From NCBI GenBank assembly GCA_965227295.1, contig OZ245742.1, positions 4,064,001-4,128,000 on the forward strand: 64,000 nt of DNA, in the 5' to 3' direction. The stretch comes from Leptonemataceae bacterium. GTDB lineage: Bacteria; Spirochaetota; Leptospiria; Leptospirales; Leptonemataceae. The notes beneath the pieces are model-generated. The model was given only the letters and a program-made list of their open reading frames with translations. It ran no database searches and had not been told where the DNA came from. The translations under genes were made by a program, and so were the position numbers. Shown here one piece after another: positions 49,938 to 59,336 of this stretch (position 1 is the stretch's first letter; each line of letters starts with the position of its first letter).

Positions 49938-51500
49938 TCAACTCCGCGAAATCATCTGTAAGTACGCGCTGATAAACCGTTGTACGGGAAGTTCCAGGAG
50001 CGAATACCGACCTGGCCGGTAGTAACGGGAACGCACGCCGGCGTGGTTGTCCTCGGTAATGCGCGTGTCCTGTTCGATGGTATGGCGCCACATCCAGGTG
50101 AGCCGATCCAGGTCGTAGTCGCGCCCCGCCTCGGCCCCGCCGTCTACGAGCCAGGTGACGGTGACTTCGGTTTTCTCCGGAGCGAGGGGCGTGAAACGAA
50201 ACAGCGTCGCATGATCCGCGGCGGCACTGACAAAGTGAATCGGCCCGAGGGCCACGACGGTTTCCCCGCCGTCGAATTCCCGGAAGTTACCCATGAGCGG
50301 GGCAATGGGTTTTCCGTCCTCGCTCAGGGTCTCAAAACCCTCACGAATGGGCTGGCGATAACATACGATGGGTTGTTCGGTGAGGACCCGGGTGACGTGA
50401 TCGCTCATGCCGACGATGCCGTTCTTTGCGCGGACGCCCTCCTCCCAGTGCGCGGTTAATTTTTGATAGGCTTCGATATCTCTCTGTTTTCCCAGGGAGT
50501 TCCCGGCCGCGTGGGCGTTGACCTTGCAGTACTGCGGATGCGTCGGCACGCAGTGGTAACATTCCAGAAAGTTCTCGCTGACCAGCTTCCAGTTGGCCCG
50601 CACGACCGTGCGATCGATGTGCGCGACCCGCGCATCACCAAAGCCGTGCGGCCCGAGGTACTCGTCCAGCATCGAAGACGCCCGGGAAAAATCCGGTGGC
50701 ACGCCGTCGCGTTTCAGGTTGATGAAGATCATCCCGTGGACCAACTGCACATGGCAGGCCATAAGACCGTTCGCCGCCGGATCAAAATCCGCGGGCATGG
50801 CCCGGGCGCCTTTCAACGAGCCGTTGAGATCGTACGACCAGGCATGGTACGGGCAGACCAGCGTCCGCGTTTTACCGGTAGGATTTGTACAGATGTGCGA
50901 GCCGCGATGGCGACAGACGTTGTGGAAGGCGCGCACGTCCCCGTCCTGGTCGCGCAGAATGATGATGGAATCCCCGGCCACATCGAATAGAAAGTAACAA
51001 CCGGTCTCCGGGATCTGAGATACATGGCCCGCATACAACCAGAGGTGCTGGAAGACGTAACGCACGTCCGTCTCGAAGACGTCGTTGTGAGTGTAAAATT
51101 CACGCGGCAGGCTGTAGCCGTGTTCGTACGCGGCAATCCACTGCCGGATGCCTTCGTTCCCGGCCGGCGCGGCCGAAGGCTCCGCAGCAATATCTTCGAA
51201 GTTCGTTTCATTGTCGGCGGATTCCATCGTAAACGCTTCGACCAGTCCCTCCTCGATGGTCTTTTCGACGATGGAACGGAACGGCCGCATGAGCAGGCTC
51301 AGTTCAATGTCGATGTCGACGCGCTGTGCTCCCAGGCGGACCTCGCCCTGGATGCCCGTGCCGGCAATGCGACAGTGATCCCCTTCCCACGTACTGTTGA
51401 TGCCTTCGTCCTGTTGCATGCGTTGCAGAAAGAGACGGACGCGCTCTTTCGCTTCTTGTGCAGAGACTGAAAAGTCTCGTGCGATCGTGATCTGAGTCAT
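49938..51500 (-). CDS. Rieske non-heme iron oxygenase alpha subunit (GbcA/choline monooxygenase-like) with N-terminal PHA_gran_rgn-like domain
   Basis: CRHRG...CPYH Rieske motif, NWK..ENFLECYHC..TH, EQD; N-terminal ~95 aa TWEGD..GTGIQG..IELSLLMRPF. Confidence 0.9.
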   Translation of the reverse strand: MTQITIARDFSVSAQEAKERVRLFLQRMQQDEGINSTWEGDHCRIAGTGIQGEVRLGAQRVDIDIELSLLMRPFRSIVEKTIEEGLVEAFTMESADNETNFEDIAAEPSAAPAGNEGIRQWIAAYEHGYSLPREFYTHNDVFETDVRYVFQHLWLYAGHVSQIPETGCYFLFDVAGDSIIILRDQDGDVRAFHNVCRHRGSHICTNPTGKTRTLVCPYHAWSYDLNGSLKGARAMPADFDPAANGLMACHVQLVHGMIFINLKRDGVPPDFSRASSMLDEYLGPHGFGDARVAHIDRTVVRANWKLVSENFLECYHCVPTHPQYCKVNAHAAGNSLGKQRDIEAYQKLTAHWEEGVRAKNGIVGMSDHVTRVLTEQPIVCYRQPIREGFETLSEDGKPIAPLMGNFREFDGGETVVALGPIHFVSAAADHATLFRFTPLAPEKTEVTVTWLVDGGAEAGRDYDLDRLTWMWRHTIEQDTRITEDNHAGVRSRYYRPGRYSLLELPVQRFISAYLQMISRS

Positions 51501-51544
51501 AGTTTCCCCCGACAGCATTTGAAGTTCGTCGGACTGTAAGCGAT

Positions 51545-51680
51545 CGTGAACGACGAGTCAATATGCGGCGGAGTGAATGACAAAACATCGGCATGTCTGA
51601 CAGTACCGGGACGACTGACGTTCAGTACGTGATGTTGTCGTTCGTTGCCCCCACCGTTGACCGGCCCTGCCGTTCCGGCG
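51545..51680. promoter_or_regulatory. Divergent promoter region with repeated (GT)CGTTC-like boxes, candidate LytTR sites
   Basis: cgttc at 51619, 51639 and 51671 (+); gtgaacgac 51546 and gtgaatgac 51573 (-); a LytTR gene lies nearby. Confidence 0.4.
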
Positions 51681-51727
51681 TATATTCTTCAAAACGAAAG
51701 CGCAGAGCTTTCCGGAGGAAGCTGTAA

Positions 51728-52120
51728 TTGAAAACTCTCAGACCATTTTTCTTATTCGTGGATATCGGATTTATCATCTACTGGGTGATCACGTTCTGGA
51801 AGTTGATACCGGGTGAATATCTCTTCCCGGATTATCACAACGTGCTCATGGTCACCTGGAACTGGTCCTTTTTCCCGCTGGACATTTTCGTTTCGCTGAC
51901 CGGGCTCACGAGCGTGTACTTCTACGGTCGCGATCACGAGCTGTGGAAACCGCTGGCCCTGCTGTCCCTGGTGTTGACGTTCACGTCCGGCCTGCAGGCC
52001 ATCGCGTTCTGGACGATCCAGGGCTGGTTCGATTGGAGCTGGTGGTTGCCCAACCTGTTCCTAATGATCTACCCGCTGTTTTTTATTCCCCGCTTCGTGC
52101 GGGAGTACGGTCGGTCTTAG
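51728..52120 (+). CDS. YvaD/DUF5360-like membrane protein
   Basis: DIGFIIYW, WNWSFFPLD, SGLQAIAFW, WWLPNLFLMIYP; GGAGG RBS with TTG start. Confidence 0.8.
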   Translation: MKTLRPFFLFVDIGFIIYWVITFWKLIPGEYLFPDYHNVLMVTWNWSFFPLDIFVSLTGLTSVYFYGRDHELWKPLALLSLVLTFTSGLQAIAFWTIQGWFDWSWWLPNLFLMIYPLFFIPRFVREYGRS

Positions 52121-52121
52121 T

Positions 52122-52934
52122 TCAGCGGGCGTTGCGAAGTACGGCGCGCAGTTCGTTTAAGTAACTGCGGCCGACCGGAATCACACTATCGTCCTCGTCG
52201 CGCAGACGCAGGACGTACGTGCCGCCGAAGGCGTGTTCCACGTTTTCGATGAAGTCCAGGTTCGCGGCGAAAGACTTGTGCACGCGTACGATGTTGGGCG
52301 GCGCGTGTTCGAGTAATGATTTGAGGAGCCGGCTCGTTTCGTAATCGCGGGTTAACGTATGGATCGTCGACTTCTTACCCCGCGACGCCACGTACAGAAT
52401 GTCGGCAAACGGAATCGCAATGCTTGCGGATCGTTCACGAATTTCCAGTTTCGAGCGGCCCGGAGCATCGGTGTCGGGATTCCTCAGCAAAGAATTCGGG
52501 CGAGCCTGAAACTTCCGCACGGCGGCCTGTAGTTTTCGCGTGGAATCGTAAAGCCGAATGAAGTAGGCGCTCGTTGCGAAGACCAACAGCGCGGGAATGA
52601 AGAAGATGTATACATAGTCCGAAAACTGCAGCGTATCCGGGGCGATGGCGAACGTAGTCAGCGTCACGGAAATCGTGGTAACACAGGCGGCGGTAAACAA
52701 CGCGGCAAGCAGCAGGCTCAGTGCAAAACGCGTTCGCGATTCATTGTTCCCCTCACGGTACTTCCGTGAGAAAAGAGCGGCGGAACCGAAGATCAAAAAA
52801 GTATTCACGCTGGCGATGAAGACGCGCTGTGCCAGCGTGAGGCAACCGTCGTCGTAGCGAAAGAGTCCGATCACGGACCCCGTAACGATGCTGAACACCA
52901 GGAGCTGCGCAGTGTAGAGAAAGTACGTGAACAT
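52122..52934 (-). CDS. Membrane-anchored LytTR-family regulator
   Basis: Four TM segments, then RVHKSFAANL...IPVGRSY LytTR domain; no receiver domain. Confidence 0.88.
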   Translation of the reverse strand: MFTYFLYTAQLLVFSIVTGSVIGLFRYDDGCLTLAQRVFIASVNTFLIFGSAALFSRKYREGNNESRTRFALSLLLAALFTAACVTTISVTLTTFAIAPDTLQFSDYVYIFFIPALLVFATSAYFIRLYDSTRKLQAAVRKFQARPNSLLRNPDTDAPGRSKLEIRERSASIAIPFADILYVASRGKKSTIHTLTRDYETSRLLKSLLEHAPPNIVRVHKSFAANLDFIENVEHAFGGTYVLRLRDEDDSVIPVGRSYLNELRAVLRNAR

Positions 52935-52983
52935 CGCCGGAATTGAGAATCAGCGAGCCGCGCATAACGGCAAGCAGAAACCT

Positions 52984-54537
52984 TCAAACGCGAAAGTGGC
53001 GGATCAACTCCGAAACCTGCTCGCCGCCCCGGCGCACGTCTGCGCCGATCGTCTTAATCTCCAGGGCCTCGTCACTGATGGCCTGGGTGTCGTTGGAAAG
53101 GCTCATGATACTGTCGGCGATCTCCCGGGCCGAGCGGCGTTCTTCATCGACGGCGCGGGTAAGGTCCACGGCGAACTGATTCGCGGAGTTCACGAACGCT
53201 TCGATGCGTTCCGAGCGCCGGCCCTCCTCTTCGACGATACCGGCAATCTCCGTCACACCGACTTCCATGCGACGCACGGAATCGCCCACCTCTCGAATAC
53301 CGTCCACGGCGCGTTCGACCTCGGCCGTCCCGTCGGTAACGGAGACCACCGTGGCATTCACGTAATTGCCGATTTCTTTTACGCTGTGCGCGGTCTGATC
53401 GGCCAGCCTGGAGATTTCGTCCGCGACGACTGCGAATCCGCGACCCTGCTCGCCGGCCCGGGCCGCTTCGATAGCGGCGTTCAGCGAAAGTAAGTTGATG
53501 CGTTCGGAAATGTCCCGAATGATGTCGATGATGTTGCCGATTTCCTCGGAGCTGTTGCGGATCTCCTTCATCGATTGAATGGCCTGGCCGACCTTGCGCT
53601 CGCTGTCCCCGGCCAGGTCGGAGCATTGTTTCGAAACCCCGGCCAGTCCCCCGGCCGATTCCCGGGCCCGGCCCAGGCCCGCGGCCAGATCCCGGGAATC
53701 TCCGGCAATGAGCTTAATATCTTCTTTCTGCTTGTTAACGTTGTTGCCGGTAACTTCAAAGGACGCGGTCAGTTGTTCCACCGCCGATGAGATCTCTTCC
53801 GCCGCCGCGGCCTGGCTCGACGCGTTGTCGGACATGCGTTCGGCGGAATCGGCCAGTCGCCGGGCCAGGTCCTGCTGCGCTTCGTTTTGTGTTCGCACCT
53901 GGAACAGAATGCCCCACAGACTCACCGACAGACTGTTTACGGAATCGTAGATCCGCCGGAACAAGAATCCGGCGCCTTTCTGCTCGTGGGCGTCGCGCAG
54001 GCCGATCAAATCTCCCCGCAACAGCAGGCCCAGGGCCCCTTCGATGCGCCGGATCGCGGCGGCGGTTCCGGTCAGGATTGGTACGAAGCGCTCCAGGATG
54101 CGCCGGAAGCGGGATTGTTCGAGGCGATCCCGGCGCCAGGCTTTGCGATATAGAGCTTCCCAGCGCCGGATCTCCGCTTCTCCGGCCCGGCGGCGGACGG
54201 ACATGTACCCGGTAATCGCGCCGTTTTCATGAACCGGTGTGACCATAGCTTCTACCCAGTAGAAGTTACCGCTGCTGGCCCGGTTCTTCACGATGCCCCG
54301 CCAGGCGTTGCCCGCTTTGATCGTCTCCCAGAGGTCCGCGAAGACGGCCGGGGGAACGTCCGGATGGCGGACGATGTTGTGCGCTTTGCCGATCATGTCT
54401 TCCGGGGCAAATTCACTGAGCCGGGCGAAGTCCGGGCTCACGTAAACGATGCGCCCTTTGAGATCGGTACGAGAAATGATTACGTCCGAGTCCCGAACGG
54501 GATTTTCCTGGTCTGTAACGGGGAGATTCTGCCTCAC
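52984..54537 (-). CDS. PAS-domain methyl-accepting chemotaxis protein (Aer-like)
   Basis: SRTDLKGRI..HNIVRHPD..W.G.VKNR PAS; INLLSLNAAIEAARAGEQGRGFAVVADEI. Confidence 0.94.
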   Translation of the reverse strand: MRQNLPVTDQENPVRDSDVIISRTDLKGRIVYVSPDFARLSEFAPEDMIGKAHNIVRHPDVPPAVFADLWETIKAGNAWRGIVKNRASSGNFYWVEAMVTPVHENGAITGYMSVRRRAGEAEIRRWEALYRKAWRRDRLEQSRFRRILERFVPILTGTAAAIRRIEGALGLLLRGDLIGLRDAHEQKGAGFLFRRIYDSVNSLSVSLWGILFQVRTQNEAQQDLARRLADSAERMSDNASSQAAAAEEISSAVEQLTASFEVTGNNVNKQKEDIKLIAGDSRDLAAGLGRARESAGGLAGVSKQCSDLAGDSERKVGQAIQSMKEIRNSSEEIGNIIDIIRDISERINLLSLNAAIEAARAGEQGRGFAVVADEISRLADQTAHSVKEIGNYVNATVVSVTDGTAEVERAVDGIREVGDSVRRMEVGVTEIAGIVEEEGRRSERIEAFVNSANQFAVDLTRAVDEERRSAREIADSIMSLSNDTQAISDEALEIKTIGADVRRGGEQVSELIRHFRV

Positions 54538-54646
54538 ACGTCCAACGTTAGTAATAACGCATGCGCAGGCGAATGATTTTACATCCCGGGTGTGGATTCC
54601 GGCGGATCTATCCTGAGACGGGAAACATTCCCGGCCGCTCCCCGTC

Positions 54647-55483
54647 TCACCGGCTTCCCCCCAGGGTCTCCTCGAACGCCTGGGGATCCCGGCCGGTAAG
54701 GTCCTTTACCGCCGAAGAAAGCGACTCCATCTCTCCGGCCGCCATGGCCAGGTACGTGCCGATCCACACGTCCTGTTCCCACTGCGGGACGTCGAACTCC
54801 GCCCGCCATTTGCGGCCGTCGGCCTCGCTTTCTTCTTCGTACGTAAACTTCCGGCCGAGAACTTTCGAGAGCCGCGCCGCCGTGGCATCCAGGTCCAGGG
54901 CCTCGGGACCCGTAAGTTCGTACCGCTGAGAGTTAGCCGGCGGCTGGACGAGCAGTTGGGCGGCGACCCGCGCCACATCGTCTCGCGCCACCCAGGCGAC
55001 CTTGCCGTTCCCGGCCGGCCCGCGGATGCGATCCTGGTCGTCGGTGAGATGCGGGGCGATGTCCTGGTAGAGCGAATCCTGCAATGATGAAAAAGATATG
55101 CCGCTCGCTTCGAGATACAGCTCCGTTTGATGATGATCGCGGCCGTACGGAAACTTCGACTCCGGCGTGGCGCATTGAAACGAAGTGTACACCAGGTGCC
55201 GGACGCCCGCTGCGGCCGCGGCGTCGATGGCGTTCTTGTGCAAGAGTGCGCGCTTCATCGGCTCCGCGTATACCGAGACGATCAGCGCCGCCTGTACGCC
55301 GTCCATTGCTGACGCGAGGCTCTCCGGTTTTTCGTACTCGCCGGTAACGATTTCGCACGACTGCAAATCATCCGGCACGCGCGACGGATCTCGCGCGAGG
55401 AGCCGCACCCGCGCTCCGTCCTTGTGTAAGATTCTTGCAACGCGACTGCCGACGGCGCCGCTGCTTCCGGTAACGAGGATCAT
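54647..55483 (-). CDS. NmrA/YtfG-like NAD(P)H-binding SDR protein
   Basis: ILVTGSSGAVG, DHHQTE, VARDDVA, YELTGPE. Confidence 0.9.
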   Translation of the reverse strand: MILVTGSSGAVGSRVARILHKDGARVRLLARDPSRVPDDLQSCEIVTGEYEKPESLASAMDGVQAALIVSVYAEPMKRALLHKNAIDAAAAAGVRHLVYTSFQCATPESKFPYGRDHHQTELYLEASGISFSSLQDSLYQDIAPHLTDDQDRIRGPAGNGKVAWVARDDVARVAAQLLVQPPANSQRYELTGPEALDLDATAARLSKVLGRKFTYEEESEADGRKWRAEFDVPQWEQDVWIGTYLAMAAGEMESLSSAVKDLTGRDPQAFEETLGGSR

Positions 55484-55541
55484 GGGCCTTGAGACGCGTG
55501 TTCGGCGCGACGGTTACGTGAAACGTTCCACACGCCCGAAA

Positions 55542-55973
55542 TCAACCATCCTCCGTAAGAAACAACGGGAAGGCCGGCCGTCCCAGGGGTTTCGCCGCCA
55601 GCGAAAGCAACAGCATTTCGCTATCGTCGGGAGCAATGCGATTCGAATGAATGACACCGCAACCGCGACATCGATGCAGCAGGACCCATTCGTCGCTGCG
55701 TACCCATATGGCGATCGGTTCCATGATGCTGCCGCAGTCCGCGGCCCGATCCCCCGGGCGATGATCTACGTGCAGGCTGTGCAAACAGAGCGGACAATGA
55801 TTGCGTTGCGTCGTACCGGAATGCGCCGGGCCGATTAGAGCCCGACACTTGCGGCAGCGAAAGTCAGCGCCGGCCTTCTGTTTCTGATGAGGCTTCGGTG
55901 CGTGATCGTGGGCGGAACGCCCGCGTTTTACTGGAATCTTCTCGAAAGAGAAGTCATCGGATTTTCGTATCAT
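55542..55973 (-). CDS. RNHCP domain protein
   Basis: FRCRKC, QRNHCPLCLHSLHVD..PGDR, HRCRGCG, NRIAPDD. Confidence 0.93.
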   Translation of the reverse strand: MIRKSDDFSFEKIPVKRGRSAHDHAPKPHQKQKAGADFRCRKCRALIGPAHSGTTQRNHCPLCLHSLHVDHRPGDRAADCGSIMEPIAIWVRSDEWVLLHRCRGCGVIHSNRIAPDDSEMLLLSLAAKPLGRPAFPLFLTEDG

Positions 55974-56211
55974 CTCCTGTAACGGCGAGGATGGGCTGGA
56001 GGCCCGGGACAGGAGTGAGTCCGCGCAGGCGAAGCTTGCGAGCAGAACACAACGAGAGAAGGCCGCCGTCGGCCGTTACGAAGTATTATTGTGGGCTGCC
56101 CGGAGTCGCGGTGCGCCGACCCTTACGAATGATTGGCCGCGATAAACACGACACCAGGGGAATCCAGGGCGGCCGTTCCGTCAATCGCTTTCGCCGACGC
56201 GGCAAGATACA

Positions 56212-59200
56212 TCACGCCGACGGTACATTTTGCCGGCGCTCGTCCCTGGTCTCCAGCGCGCGCACGGCAATGTTGCACGTATCGTGGAGCGCGCCCGAGG
56301 TAAATCGATCCAGGCGTTCCAGCCAGGCGGCGGGTAGTTTGCTTTCCACCATCCGAAACAGGTTCAGGTCCGCAGGCACTGCGCTCATTAACAGGAGCTC
56401 GCGGGAAACGGCGAGCTGTAAGATGCAGCCGCGCACCAGGTCACTCAGCAGTTCCGTCTCCCGCGGATTGTGCGAGCCGCCGTAGCTGCGTTCCATCATC
56501 AGCACCTGACCGCTTTCTTCCAGGTGCACCGGGCGCACCTCCTGTTGTTTGGCGCGATCGATGCCGACCTCGTACTGCTTCGCAATCTGCGCGATCATCT
56601 CCGCCACCCGATCCAGATAACGCCGGGTGACCTCGTTTTTTTCCGAGCGCAGGTCGATGGACAGGCGCGCCTTCGAACTGCTGCGAATGTAGCTCACGTG
56701 ATCCATGCGGCAGAGGCGGACGCCCTCCCCGCCGCGTTCCACGTTCTTTGCTAATGTTGTCGCAGCGTAAGCTTGCAGATCGCGCACAAGATCTTCGCGT
56801 TGTTCCTCGTCCAGGCGATCCCCTTCCACGGCCAGGGAAAAACTCACCGAGCCCGGGATGACGTTGCGGTTCGTACCCGGTTGCAGGCGCACGTTACCGG
56901 CCACGGCGCGGAATTCTCGATCGTCTCCTGCGCTTGCGTCCAACTCCTGGACGAGTTCAATGAACTTATGCGTGAACCGGCCCGCGGCCACCCCCGGATC
57001 CCGACGATCGTACGTCGGCGTGGCGCCGGCGTGATTCATCTCCCCCTCGAACGTCCAGCGCGTCGCCAGGTTCGTCTCCTCGTGACAGGTAGAAGTATCC
57101 GAGGTCTCCGACTCGTCCTGGTGCTCGCCCTCGAGGATGCCCACGGTCAGACGCACGTCGTCGTCGCCTTCCAGGAATTCCAGAACCAGTTCCCGCAGAC
57201 GGCGGTTCATTTCCAGTGCCGCGGCCTCGGCCTGATCGCCTTCGAAGAAGAAGTCCTCCTGGTAGATGCCCATGATCGTACCCACCATCACGATGGGCAC
57301 GCCGTTGCGGTCGAGGATCGGCCCCTGTTCGATGTGACGTTCGTAGCTGTGCGGTGAATAGAACTCCGTGGGATCATAGCACGCTTCGAGTAACTCCGCA
57401 AAGTCCGTGGGCGTATGACCGTCGGCGGAGGCCTCGGGTTTCGGCAGATCATTCAACAGCTGGATGTCGCCGCTTTGTTGAACGGCGGCCAGTTGCACGA
57501 GCATGTGATGCAATAGATCGCCCCAGCGTTCGCCGTTGCCGTTGGTCATATCGTGGATGAGTTCCGGTGTCGCCCGCCCGGCCACCGCCGCACTGCCGGG
57601 CATGGATACGCCCTGGCCGGTAAACGTCATCTCCTCGCCGATGAACGCGCTCACCAACAGACGCACAGGGCGGTCTTTCGTAACGATGGTATGACTGCAG
57701 TACTGCTCGAGGTCGTGCAACGTGTGGGCCGTTTCGATGCCGGACAGGACGCCCAGGCGGCCGTCGAATTTGCCCCCGTCGTTCACCGTATCGATGTGCG
57801 AACCGTGGGCGACGGTGTGGCGCAGCACGTCCGCGATCTTAAGTTCCCCGGAACGGATCTTAGCGTCTTCGCCGGGAGCCAGAAGCAAACCGTGCAGATT
57901 GCCCACCCGGTCCACGGCCACGGAGAGCCCCGCCGCCTGCATGTCCTGGATCGTAAGAATCGTGGAACGCACGAATCCCGGCGTAAGCGCCCGGGCGTCA
58001 ATGCGGCCGTCCTCTTCTTTGGAGACCGCGCCGAGACGGTCGATGCGGCGGCGCAGTCGCACCCCGACGCCGCGCAAGCGTTCCAGTTCGCGGACATCAC
58101 TCAGGAACCTGCTGATGTCCGCGCCTTCTTCCAGTTCCCGGCCGATATGATTCAGAGTATTGTAGTATACGATCACGCAGGCCACGTCCGCGAGGACTTC
58201 CAGTTCCTGCTCGGACCAACGCGCGTCTTCGCGAACGATGTGTTCGAGGTTCGTATCGCGTACGAGCTGGCGCAGTTCCGCGAGTATGGCGGGCACGTCA
58301 CCGCTGCGTTCCTCCCGGGCGTATATCAACAGCCGCGCGAGGTCCGCGAAGGCGTCTCCGCGTCCCGTGCGGCGATCCCGATCGTCGTCCCGGGGCGTGG
58401 GATCGTGGTGGCCCATGTGTTCGACGGTGATGTTGTTCGCGTAGGTCCACGTTTCCGGATCGCCGATGCTGCCCGGCTCGGCTCCGCTGAGCCGGCGCAC
58501 GAGATCCGCATGATCCTTAAGTTCTATTGCACGTAAGTTAATCTCGGAGGCGTCGCATTCCAGAAGCTCGCTGATGTGGTGACGCTGTTCGATGGTGAGT
58601 TCGTGTTCGTCCAGGCGGAAGTGGCCGAGGAGCGGCGCACGAAAGACCAGGGCGTCCGGGGAGTGCAGGAACTCCCGCACGAGAGCCACCGGGAACGGCT
58701 CGTTGACGTACAGGGTCGGATCGATCACCCGTTCCACGGCCCGGCCGTTGTCCTCGTCCCAGAACGTGCAGACGGTGAAGATGTGCGTGCGCGCGATGGC
58801 GAACTGTACGCGCTCCTCGTGATGCAACACGTAGTTTCCGGCGTGAATCTCACCGGCTTCGATCTCCACGTCAGGACACGTCTCCACGAGCATCTTTCGC
58901 AGCCGCGGATCGTTGAGGTCTCCCAGACTGTGCAGAGGATTATCGAGAACGAGGGCGTGCTTGCGTTTTTCGAGATCGCCCTCCTGCAGGGCCGCCGGCG
59001 ACATGTTGCGTTCCATAATCAGGCCGCGAGCCAGAGCATAGGACGGAATGCCCAGTTGCACAAGATACTCGATGATGAGCGACGCCTTCTTACCGCAGCC
59101 GTACTCCGCCACGGAGTACGGCAGGGCCAGATACGCCAGGATCAGATCAAAGATGTCGTCCTGCTCATGCAACATCGGCAGGCCCGTGGAGGCGTCGCGA

Positions 59201-59247
59201 TCTATACTTACCGGAAGGGTCTCAGGTTTCGAACCGAATACGAGCAT
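56212..59247 (-). CDS. Fusion of a protein-glutaminase-like domain and an M20 (HyuC/allantoate amidohydrolase-like) hydrolase
   Basis: YGCGKKA / THIFTV / VIDPTL at the N-terminus; GSHIDTV..GGKFDGRLG, GEE, HIEQGP, NHAGATP, SHNPRE, SGALHD. Confidence 0.85.
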   Translation of the reverse strand: MLVFGSKPETLPVSIDRDASTGLPMLHEQDDIFDLILAYLALPYSVAEYGCGKKASLIIEYLVQLGIPSYALARGLIMERNMSPAALQEGDLEKRKHALVLDNPLHSLGDLNDPRLRKMLVETCPDVEIEAGEIHAGNYVLHHEERVQFAIARTHIFTVCTFWDEDNGRAVERVIDPTLYVNEPFPVALVREFLHSPDALVFRAPLLGHFRLDEHELTIEQRHHISELLECDASEINLRAIELKDHADLVRRLSGAEPGSIGDPETWTYANNITVEHMGHHDPTPRDDDRDRRTGRGDAFADLARLLIYAREERSGDVPAILAELRQLVRDTNLEHIVREDARWSEQELEVLADVACVIVYYNTLNHIGRELEEGADISRFLSDVRELERLRGVGVRLRRRIDRLGAVSKEEDGRIDARALTPGFVRSTILTIQDMQAAGLSVAVDRVGNLHGLLLAPGEDAKIRSGELKIADVLRHTVAHGSHIDTVNDGGKFDGRLGVLSGIETAHTLHDLEQYCSHTIVTKDRPVRLLVSAFIGEEMTFTGQGVSMPGSAAVAGRATPELIHDMTNGNGERWGDLLHHMLVQLAAVQQSGDIQLLNDLPKPEASADGHTPTDFAELLEACYDPTEFYSPHSYERHIEQGPILDRNGVPIVMVGTIMGIYQEDFFFEGDQAEAAALEMNRRLRELVLEFLEGDDDVRLTVGILEGEHQDESETSDTSTCHEETNLATRWTFEGEMNHAGATPTYDRRDPGVAAGRFTHKFIELVQELDASAGDDREFRAVAGNVRLQPGTNRNVIPGSVSFSLAVEGDRLDEEQREDLVRDLQAYAATTLAKNVERGGEGVRLCRMDHVSYIRSSSKARLSIDLRSEKNEVTRRYLDRVAEMIAQIAKQYEVGIDRAKQQEVRPVHLEESGQVLMMERSYGGSHNPRETELLSDLVRGCILQLAVSRELLLMSAVPADLNLFRMVESKLPAAWLERLDRFTSGALHDTCNIAVRALETRDERRQNVPSA

Positions 59248-59336
59248 AGGGTAAGCTTAGCGCGGCCCCACGGATTAGTCAACCGCAGCACAACGGCCCC
59301 GACCGTCGACATGCCGGCCGAGCGAGAAGTCTCGCT

